Positions 56,950 to 64,000 of a stretch of DNA of 64,000 nucleotides are shown here, in pieces. This DNA comes from Ignavibacteriota bacterium (GTDB lineage Bacteria > Bacteroidota > Ignavibacteria > UBA10030 > UBA6906). How positions within the stretch are numbered: the first letter of the stretch is position 1; every line of letters starts with the position of its first letter. The notes below the pieces were generated by a model. That model was not told where the DNA came from. It saw only the letters and a list, made by a program, of their open reading frames with translations, and did not search any database. The stretch spans positions 2,688,001 through 2,752,000 of the forward strand of contig CAWDEM010000008.1 in the NCBI GenBank assembly GCA_963801355.1, in the 5' to 3' direction. The translations under genes and the position numbers were made by a program.

Positions 56950-59900
56950 ATGAAAGCTTTCATGCCGATTCTCGCTACGATCCTCATCGCGGCATCGGGA
57001 CCGGGGCAGACTCCCGCTGACAAACTCGCTGATGAACTCCTCTTTCAGTCCTCGGGCACGCTCACGTCATGGCGCTATTCGACTTCCTTCGCCGGCGACC
57101 CGACTTCTTCGCGGTTCGATGATCATGCCTGGACGTCTCTTGAGCTCAACCAATCTCTCAGGGTCGATTCATGCTGGATCAGAAAAGAAGTCATACTCCC
57201 CGGGGCCCTGCTTGGGATGCCGATCGGAGGCAGAGTTCGCCTGCTCCTCACCGTGGACGACTATGCATATCTCTGGGTCAACGGCAAATCCATGGGGAAA
57301 GCGAATTGGGACGGGGAATTTGATTTGACGGACAACGCCCGCCCGGGGCAGCGGTTCACTGTCGCCATCCGGGCCATCAACACAGGCGGTCCTCTGCGGC
57401 TCCTGCGCGCGCGTCTCCAGATCACGCCGGCTGACACGTTTGCCGCAACGGCGGCAGGCATTGCCCTGAGTCTGCGTGTGGGTCAGAAACTGCTGTCAAA
57501 CGATACGTATCAGACAAACTCACGGCAACGGTTCGACCCGGGAACGGACCTGGCGAAGACCGACCCGAAGCAGAAGGAACGCCTGAACGCCGAACTTCAA
57601 CGGTTGGCCGCAGCGGTTGACCTCAGGACACTCCGCGCCGGGACACGCGCACAGATTATTGATAGGCTTTCCCGCTTCCGCGCGGATCTTGCGCCTTTCC
57701 GGGCGTTCGCGCAATCCTTCACGCTGTATTTCGATGCCAACGCACACATCGATGCCGCGTGGCTCTGGCGCGAGTGCGAAACCTGGGAGGTGTGCAAGAG
57801 AACGTTCTCTTCGGTCCTCAACATGATGAACCAGCGCCCGGATTTTACCTACACCCAGAGCTCCGCGGCATATTACAAATGGATGGAAGAACAGCAACCC
57901 GATCTGTTTGAAAAAATGACCGGGCGCATCAAGAGCGGGAGATGGGAAATCGTGGGCGGCATGTGGGTGGAACCCGACTGCAACCTCATCGCCGGCGAAT
58001 CGTGGGCGCGTCACCTCCTCTATGGCAAACGCTATTTCCGTTCACAATTCGACACCGACGTAAAGATCGGGTGGAACCCCGATTCATTCGGCTACAACGG
58101 CAATATGCCGATGTTCTATACGCAGGCGGGCATCACCGCATTCATCACGCAGAAGATCGGGTGGAACGAAACAAACGTCTTTCCCCACCGGGTATTCTGG
58201 TGGGAGTCCCCCGACGGGTCGCGCATCCTCAGCTATTTTCCCTTTGACTACGTCAACACGATCGACAACCCGTACGATCTCGTGGATTGGCTCCGCCAGT
58301 TCGAGGCAAATACCGGGTTCAACAAAATGCTGATCCTGTTCGGCGTCGGGGACCATGGCGGCGGTCCATCCCTCGAAATGATCCAACGCATCGAGGATCT
58401 GAAACACCTTGACATCTACCCGCGCATAGAATACGGGACAGCCGCGACGTATCTCAACTGGCTTTCGGCGCAGGACCTTGCCACGCTCCCGGTCTGGCGG
58501 GATGAGCTCTACCTGGAATATCACCAGGGGACCTTCACCACACAGGGGGCGATGAAACGATTCAACCGCGAAGGAGAGACCCTCCTGACCAATGCCGAGA
58601 AATTTGCGAGCATGGCCTCACTTTCTGGAGCGCAGTACCCGCGAGAGGATCTCCGCGAGGCGTGGGAGGACTTCATGGTCATGCAGTTCCACGATATCCT
58701 CCCGGGTTCTTCGATCCGCGAAGTGTACATTGACGCCGCCGAGACACATCGGCAGGTGCGTGAGAACGGCAACCGGAAACTCCAGGACGCACTGCGGCAT
58801 CTGGCGGGTCGGGTCAACACAACCGCCATGCCTGCCGGCACACCGCTCGTTGTGTTCAATCCGCTTGCATGGGAGAGAACGGACCTCGTCCGCGTGCCGC
58901 TCCCCGACGGAGAGACCGGGTCGTATACCGTGTTGAACGCCGATGGATCAGTGGTGCCGAGTCAGATCGTCAGGACCTCCAAGTACTCGCGCGAGCTGCT
59001 GTTTATAGCCCCGCATGTTCCTTCACTGGGCTTCACAGCTTTCACAGTCCGCCCCGGCGGGTCAGCGGCTGCGGTTCCGCCGGCCGCTTTCACCGGAACG
59101 GTGGAGAGTCCGCTCTATCGTGTGAGCATCGATGCGGTAACGGGCTGGCTCAAGAGCATTGTCGAGAAAAAGAGCGGCCGTGAACTTCTTGCAGGCCCCG
59201 GCAATGAACTCCAGCTCCTTGAAGATCTGCCGACGGCGTGGGACGCCTGGAATCTCGGCCTTACCGGTACAACGTATCCGATGAAATATGCCGGTGCCCG
59301 GATCGCGGAGCAGGGTCCGGTATGCACCATCGTACGCGTCGAGCACACATATCTTAAACCCGGGACGAAGAAGGAATTCCCCACGGAGGATTTTCCTTCC
59401 TCTTTCTTCACGCAGGATTTGATCCTGTACAACGGGCTTGACCGCATAGAGTTCCGTACCGATGTGGATTGGTGGGAGGACAAGACGATGCTGAAGGTCG
59501 CATTTCCTCTGACGGTAGCGGACTCTGTTGCGACCTATGACATTCCGTATGGCACCATCGCCCGCTCGACGCAGCTCCGCGACAGCTGGGAGACCGCAAA
59601 GCGGGAGGTGCCGGCGCTCCGGTGGGCAGATGTATCGGCTGCCGGCTACGGTGTTGCCCTTCTGAACACCTCCAAGTACGGCTACGACATCAAGGGAAAC
59701 ACGATGCGTCTTTCCCTCCTGCGTTCCCCAAAATGGCCCGATCCCACAGCCGATCGCGGGAAGCACACGATCACCTATGCCCTTCTGCCGCATGCAGACA
59801 CCTGGCGCGAGGCGGGGATGGCCGGGAAGGGATACGAATTCAATACACCGCTCCTTCCTTTCTCCACTGACGTCCATGCAGGTCCGCTTCCTGCCCGTCA

Positions 59901-60159
59901 TTCATTCGTCCGCCTGTCGCCGTCAAACCTGGTGTTGACCACTGTTAAACAGGCTGAGAATTCCGGCGCATGGGTCATTCAGTGGTACGAAAGTGAGGGT
60001 CGCCAGTCGACCGCGGAGCTGGAGCTGCCGGTGCAGCCGAAACGTGTTCATGTCACCAATTTCCTGGAGGAACCGGGCGCGCCGGTACCTGTGAACGGAA
60101 GCAAGGTCCTGGTCCCGACAGCGCGCAACGGTGTACAAACGGTGCTCGTAGAATTCTAA
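56950..60159 (+). CDS. Exported GH38 alpha-mannosidase with N-terminal jelly-roll domain
   Basis: AHIDAAWLW, GGMWVEPD, WNPDSFG, GDHGGGP, QFHDILPGS and LSLLRSP; start at MKAFMP (56950). Confidence 0.92.
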   Translation: MKAFMPILATILIAASGPGQTPADKLADELLFQSSGTLTSWRYSTSFAGDPTSSRFDDHAWTSLELNQSLRVDSCWIRKEVILPGALLGMPIGGRVRLLLTVDDYAYLWVNGKSMGKANWDGEFDLTDNARPGQRFTVAIRAINTGGPLRLLRARLQITPADTFAATAAGIALSLRVGQKLLSNDTYQTNSRQRFDPGTDLAKTDPKQKERLNAELQRLAAAVDLRTLRAGTRAQIIDRLSRFRADLAPFRAFAQSFTLYFDANAHIDAAWLWRECETWEVCKRTFSSVLNMMNQRPDFTYTQSSAAYYKWMEEQQPDLFEKMTGRIKSGRWEIVGGMWVEPDCNLIAGESWARHLLYGKRYFRSQFDTDVKIGWNPDSFGYNGNMPMFYTQAGITAFITQKIGWNETNVFPHRVFWWESPDGSRILSYFPFDYVNTIDNPYDLVDWLRQFEANTGFNKMLILFGVGDHGGGPSLEMIQRIEDLKHLDIYPRIEYGTAATYLNWLSAQDLATLPVWRDELYLEYHQGTFTTQGAMKRFNREGETLLTNAEKFASMASLSGAQYPREDLREAWEDFMVMQFHDILPGSSIREVYIDAAETHRQVRENGNRKLQDALRHLAGRVNTTAMPAGTPLVVFNPLAWERTDLVRVPLPDGETGSYTVLNADGSVVPSQIVRTSKYSRELLFIAPHVPSLGFTAFTVRPGGSAAAVPPAAFTGTVESPLYRVSIDAVTGWLKSIVEKKSGRELLAGPGNELQLLEDLPTAWDAWNLGLTGTTYPMKYAGARIAEQGPVCTIVRVEHTYLKPGTKKEFPTEDFPSSFFTQDLILYNGLDRIEFRTDVDWWEDKTMLKVAFPLTVADSVATYDIPYGTIARSTQLRDSWETAKREVPALRWADVSAAGYGVALLNTSKYGYDIKGNTMRLSLLRSPKWPDPTADRGKHTITYALLPHADTWREAGMAGKGYEFNTPLLPFSTDVHAGPLPARHSFVRLSPSNLVLTTVKQAENSGAWVIQWYESEGRQSTAELELPVQPKRVHVTNFLEEPGAPVPVNGSKVLVPTARNGVQTVLVEF

Positions 60160-60169
60160 GGGACAGGCA

Positions 60170-61339
60170 ATGTTCGATCATGAAACCCTATCACGCGCGC
60201 GGTCGCTTTTCCCGTACATCGCGACAGGCCGCATCTATCTCAATCATGCGGCAACGAGTCCCTATTCCACCCGCGTCGTTGCGGCGGTCCGGCGGCACAT
60301 TGATGCGCGCACGACCGGAGACATCGATACCTATTGGTCCGATGTGAAGATGGTGGACGAGCTTCGCGATGCCGTATGCAGGATGATTCATGCAGAGGGA
60401 AGCGATCGTATCGCATTCACGGGAAACACCACCGATGCGCTCAACATCATCGCCTCGGGACTCCGATGGCGGTCCGGTGACCGTGTGCTGCTGAACGATG
60501 CGGAATTCCCGGCGAACCTCTATCCCTACATCAATCTCAAACGCTTCGGCGTCGAGCTGGATTTGATGCCGGCGGCGGGGGGTGTAGTGACTGTGGAGGA
60601 CGTTGCGCGCGCCATGACGCCGCGCACGCGCATTCTCGGACTGAGTGCGGTGCAGTTCCTCTCGGGCTACAGAGCGGATCTTGCGGCAATAGGACGCCTC
60701 TGCCGTGACCGGGGGGTGATTTTTGTCGTTGACGGGATACAATCGGTGGGTGCCGTGCAGACCGATGTGCAAGCCATGCACATTGATGCCCTGGCTGCCG
60801 GGGCGCAAAAATGGCAAATGGCGACACAGGGGGCCGGCTTCCTCTATATTACCGCCGCTCTCCAGGAGCAGATACAACAGGCACATCTCGGATGGCTCTC
60901 TGTGGAGAACCCCTGGCACTTCAAAGATCTGGACCAGCCTCTCGCGTCAACCGCACGGCGGTACGAAGGGGGCTCACTCTACATCTCCTGCCTTCACGCC
61001 ATGCATGCCTCAATCGGCACACTGCTGGAGTTCGGCATGGACCGGATAGAGCAACATATCACAGCTCTCACAGGCATGCTGCTGGAGGAGTTTCTTGAAA
61101 TCCCGGGGATTGAACCCGTCACTCCCCGGCCGTCGGAACGCCGCGCGGGTATCGTGACCGTCCGCACCTTAGAACCGGAAAAATCAAAGCTGCTTTGTCA
61201 GGCGCTCCAGGACCGCAAGATCTCCGCAGCGGTGCGGGAAGGGTGCGTGCGCTTTTCACCCCACTTCTACAATACGCCCGACGAAATGCACACCGTGGTT
61301 GATGTGGTGCGGGACTTCTCCGCCGCTCCAACAAAATGA
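60170..61339 (+). CDS. Class V PLP-dependent aminotransferase (cysteine desulfurase/lyase-like)
   Basis: YLNHAATSP, VDGIQSVG, AGAQKW (PLP lysine), RYEGGS and RFSPHFYN. Confidence 0.88.
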   Translation: MFDHETLSRARSLFPYIATGRIYLNHAATSPYSTRVVAAVRRHIDARTTGDIDTYWSDVKMVDELRDAVCRMIHAEGSDRIAFTGNTTDALNIIASGLRWRSGDRVLLNDAEFPANLYPYINLKRFGVELDLMPAAGGVVTVEDVARAMTPRTRILGLSAVQFLSGYRADLAAIGRLCRDRGVIFVVDGIQSVGAVQTDVQAMHIDALAAGAQKWQMATQGAGFLYITAALQEQIQQAHLGWLSVENPWHFKDLDQPLASTARRYEGGSLYISCLHAMHASIGTLLEFGMDRIEQHITALTGMLLEEFLEIPGIEPVTPRPSERRAGIVTVRTLEPEKSKLLCQALQDRKISAAVREGCVRFSPHFYNTPDEMHTVVDVVRDFSAAPTK

Positions 61340-61363
61340 ATGTACAGAGCATCACAATTCCAG

Positions 61364-61525
61364 TAGTTGGAACGAGTACTGTGCCCCTCGTTATGGTGAA
61401 TCAATACGTTGGAGGGGCACTAGTGCCGTCCCAACTATCATTGGCTAGAGACACATCTACGGGTCATTGTTGGGACGCGCACCGCGCCCCATACGTTCAT
61501 AGAAAAAAAGTGGTAGGGGCACTAG
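61364..61525. repeat. Degenerate palindromic (REP-like) intergenic repeat cluster
   Basis: GTGCCCCTC/GAGGGGCAC and TAGTTGG/CCAACTA arms form a long hairpin (61364-61437); GTTGGGACG (61469) pairs with CGTCCCAAC; AGGGGCACTAG occurs twice. Confidence 0.5.
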
Positions 61526-62457
61526 CCCGGCTCCGGTGCCGTGCGCGTCGGTCGCAGCACGATCAGCACCACTCCGGCAACAATCACGAGTGCCGCCAGT
61601 CCCATGCGGGCGGTGAACTCCTCACCGCCGAGTGTCCACCCGAGAAAGACCGCAATAAGGGGATTGACGAAGGCGTAGGTCGAAACCCGCGACGGGGACA
61701 CCACGCGCAACAGCCAGACATACGCTGTGAATCCCACCAGTGAACCGAAGACGGCAAGGTAGACAACGGAGAGCACGGACTTAAGGGAAACCGCCGACGG
61801 ATCGATCCGCCACGGCTCGCCGGTGAGAACGCTGAAGGCCAGAAGCAACGCACCCCCCGTGATCATCTCCAGTGCTGTCGCCATAAATGGAGAAGCCGGA
61901 AGCGAGGCGCGCCGTGAATAGAGCGATCCGGCCGCCCATGACATCGTGGCCAGCATCAAGACCAGTATCCCGACGAGCGGGAATCCGCCGCCGCCCAGGA
62001 TCCTGTCAGGACCGATCAACCAGATCACCCCGGCAAGCCCCAGAGCCAGTCCCAGCACCACCTTCCCCGCAGGCCGCGGCGCACCAAACCAGATCCAGTC
62101 CAGCACGACAAACCAGATGGGCGATGTGCTGATGAGCAGCGCGGTCACCCCCGAGGGAATCATCTGCTCCGCCCAGGTGACGCCCCCGTTGCCGACCAGC
62201 AACAGCAAAGCACCGACGGCCGCGGCCGAACGCCACTGCCGCATGGTTGGCCCGGGCACGCCGCGCCAGCGGAGCCATCCGTAGAGCACCGACCCCGCCG
62301 CGGCGAACCGCCCCCCCGCCATCATGAAGGGCGGCAGTGTCTCGACGCCGAAGCGGATGAAGAGGTAGGTCGATCCCCAGATAATGTAGATCGCCAGGAA
62401 AGCAATCAGGATCTTCGCCCGCGAAGGGGGCGCGGTGGATGGGGCGGTGTGTGCGAT
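61522..62457 (-). CDS. EamA/YedA-like drug/metabolite transporter
   Basis: The frame continues upstream of ATG 62325 through the family motif AFLAIYIIWGSTYLFIR..LPPF; also YAFVNPLIAVFLG. Start placed at ATC 62457 after GGGAG (uncertain). Confidence 0.85.
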   Translation of the reverse strand: MAHTAPSTAPPSRAKILIAFLAIYIIWGSTYLFIRFGVETLPPFMMAGGRFAAAGSVLYGWLRWRGVPGPTMRQWRSAAAVGALLLLVGNGGVTWAEQMIPSGVTALLISTSPIWFVVLDWIWFGAPRPAGKVVLGLALGLAGVIWLIGPDRILGGGGFPLVGILVLMLATMSWAAGSLYSRRASLPASPFMATALEMITGGALLLAFSVLTGEPWRIDPSAVSLKSVLSVVYLAVFGSLVGFTAYVWLLRVVSPSRVSTYAFVNPLIAVFLGWTLGGEEFTARMGLAALVIVAGVVLIVLRPTRTAPEPG

Positions 62458-62474
62458 GTACGTCTCCCGCTCCC

Positions 62475-63338
62475 TTACTCCCGGAGGAGAGATTCTTTCG
62501 CCTCGAGCAGTTCCGCTTGTTGTTGCTTGGACAATGCCGGGTACGAGAGGTTGAGAGACTTGAGCTTGTCAATGATAATCCGCGCGACGAGCGCGCGCGT
62601 GAACCATTTGTGGTCTGCGGGGATAACATGCCAGGGGGCCCACTGCGTGCTGGTGCTTCCCAGCATTTCTTCATAGGCCTCCATGTATTCCTTCCAGCAA
62701 TTCCTTTCTTTTACGTCCGCCGCCGAGAACTTCCAGTTCTTCTCCGGCGTGTCGATCCGTGCCAGGAACCGTTCTTTCTGCTCTTTCTTCGAGACATTCA
62801 GGAAGAACTTCAGAATGACGGTTCCGTTGCGCATAAGGTACTTTTCCACCGCATTGATGTCTTCGTACCTCTTCTTCCAGAGCGATCCTTTCACGTCCTC
62901 GGCGGGAATGCTTTGCTTCTGAAGGAATTCCGGATGGACTCGCACCACCAGCACTTCCTCATAGTAGGAACGGTTAAATATGCCGATACGCCCGCGCTCG
63001 GGCAACACCTTCAGGCACCGCCAGAGGAAGTCATGATCCAGTTCTTCCGCCGAGGGGGACTTGAAACTGAAGACCTGGCATCCCTGCGGATTGACGCCGG
63101 ACATCACGTGCTTGATCACGCTGTCCTTGCCGGCGGCGTCCATAGCCTGGAATATCAAAAGCAGTGCCCGGCTGTTCTCCGCATAGAGCACATCCTGCAG
63201 CTTCGCCAGCTTGTCGACATCATCCTGCAGGTCCTGTGCTGCATCTTCTTTGCTCTTGTATTTTCCGGTGTCGTCCGGGTCGAAGTCCTTCATCGACACG
63301 GATGCGCCGGGGGAAACGATGTATTTGTCGAGAGTCAT
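62475..63338 (-). CDS. ppk2: Polyphosphate kinase 2 family (class III-like)
   Basis: QAMDAAGKD, GVNPQG, FNRSYYEEVL, KNWKFS and APWHVIPADHKWF. Confidence 0.92.
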   Translation of the reverse strand: MTLDKYIVSPGASVSMKDFDPDDTGKYKSKEDAAQDLQDDVDKLAKLQDVLYAENSRALLLIFQAMDAAGKDSVIKHVMSGVNPQGCQVFSFKSPSAEELDHDFLWRCLKVLPERGRIGIFNRSYYEEVLVVRVHPEFLQKQSIPAEDVKGSLWKKRYEDINAVEKYLMRNGTVILKFFLNVSKKEQKERFLARIDTPEKNWKFSAADVKERNCWKEYMEAYEEMLGSTSTQWAPWHVIPADHKWFTRALVARIIIDKLKSLNLSYPALSKQQQAELLEAKESLLRE

Positions 63339-63363
63339 GTCTGCTCCCTGATAGTGACGCCGT

Positions 63364-63987
63364 TCAGTTTCCGTCCCGCAGCATCATCGCGATCTTGCTC
63401 ACGACCATGTCGATCGCCACCGTGTTCATTGCGCCGCGGGGAATAATGACATCGGCCCAGTGTTTGCTGGGCTCAACGAATTCGAGGTGCATCGGCTTCA
63501 CCGTGCCCATGTACTGCTGCATCACCGACTCCATCGAGCGTCCGCGCTCCAGGATGTCCCTGCGGATCCGGCGAATCAGCCGTTCGTCCGCATCTGTGTC
63601 CACAAAAATCCTGACATCCATCAGCTCCCGCAATTCCTTGTCGGTAAAGATCAGGATTCCGTCGATGATGATGATTTCCCGGGGATCGACACGGCGTGTG
63701 GAATCCAGACGCCGGTGTGTGGTGAAATTGTAGATCGGTTCGTCGATGCTCTTTCCCGCCTTCAAATCCCTGATGTGCCGGATCATCAGGGGTGTCTCCA
63801 GGGAATCGGGATGATCGAAATTGATCGCCTCCGGTGGAATGCCGCCGTACGTACTCAGGTCCCTGTAGTACGAATCGTGTTGAAGAACGACGACACGGGA
63901 TTTGTCCAGTCGGTCCAGGATCGCCTGCGTGACCGTTGTTTTGCCCGACCCGGTTCCGCCGGCAATGCCGATAACAAGAGGGTTCAT
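63364..63987 (-). CDS. udk: Uridine kinase
   Basis: IGIAGGTGSGKTT, HDSYY, NFDHPDS, RRIRRDILERGR and FVEPSKHWADVIIP. Confidence 0.95.
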   Translation of the reverse strand: MNPLVIGIAGGTGSGKTTVTQAILDRLDKSRVVVLQHDSYYRDLSTYGGIPPEAINFDHPDSLETPLMIRHIRDLKAGKSIDEPIYNFTTHRRLDSTRRVDPREIIIIDGILIFTDKELRELMDVRIFVDTDADERLIRRIRRDILERGRSMESVMQQYMGTVKPMHLEFVEPSKHWADVIIPRGAMNTVAIDMVVSKIAMMLRDGN

Positions 63988-64000
63988 GAGGTACTGGCGC

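Noticed and set aside
61336-61743. 135-aa plus-strand ORF after the aminotransferase
   Set aside because: It spans a palindromic intergenic region and runs antisense into the EamA gene; no protein-like features.
1-64000. tRNA, rRNA, CRISPR arrays, transposases, integrases and prophage genes
   Set aside because: None recognisable by eye; small ncRNAs cannot be excluded without a covariance-model search.

Overview
A gene-dense, GC-rich bacterial chromosome segment. It most likely comes from an Ignavibacteria-like or KSB1/Calditrichota-like member of the FCB group: many proteins end in a QNYPNPFNP-type type IX secretion (T9SS) C-terminal domain, yet the genes use Shine-Dalgarno sites and TTGACA-17-TATAAT-like promoters. 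About 45 kb form one envelope/uptake region. (i) A ~24 kb minus-strand cluster starts with a TonB-dependent receptor (TBDR), an atypical-CTD cargo protein, a PorV-like barrel and an IPT/TIG lipoprotein. It continues with an almost complete peptidoglycan disassembly kit: GHL10/DigH-like glycanase, NlpC/P60 endopeptidase, Tat-exported Ala-Glu epimerase, HGSNAT/NagX-like membrane acetyltransferase, PBP-like/esterase fusion, NagB-deacetylase fusion and two amidases. (ii) Two convergent, mirror-image four-gene modules follow (FG-GAP T9SS protein > TBDR > ~1170-aa Asp-rich cargo > PorV-like barrel), then a sodium:solute symporter. No SusD is recognisable. The best candidate for an undescribed system is a SusD-free, PUL-like uptake unit (TBDR + surface cargo + dedicated PorV-like barrel) present three times, with one copy apparently specialised for scavenging foreign peptidoglycan. 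The right part holds a DUF5674 gene pair, a short asparaginase, LiaF-like membrane proteins, pbpC/alpha-2-macroglobulin, a GH38 mannosidase, a class V aminotransferase, an EamA transporter, ppk2 and udk. Several genes carry single-base indels that look like sequencing or assembly errors. No rRNA, tRNA, CRISPR array or transposase was seen. All family assignments come from recognised motifs, not database searches.
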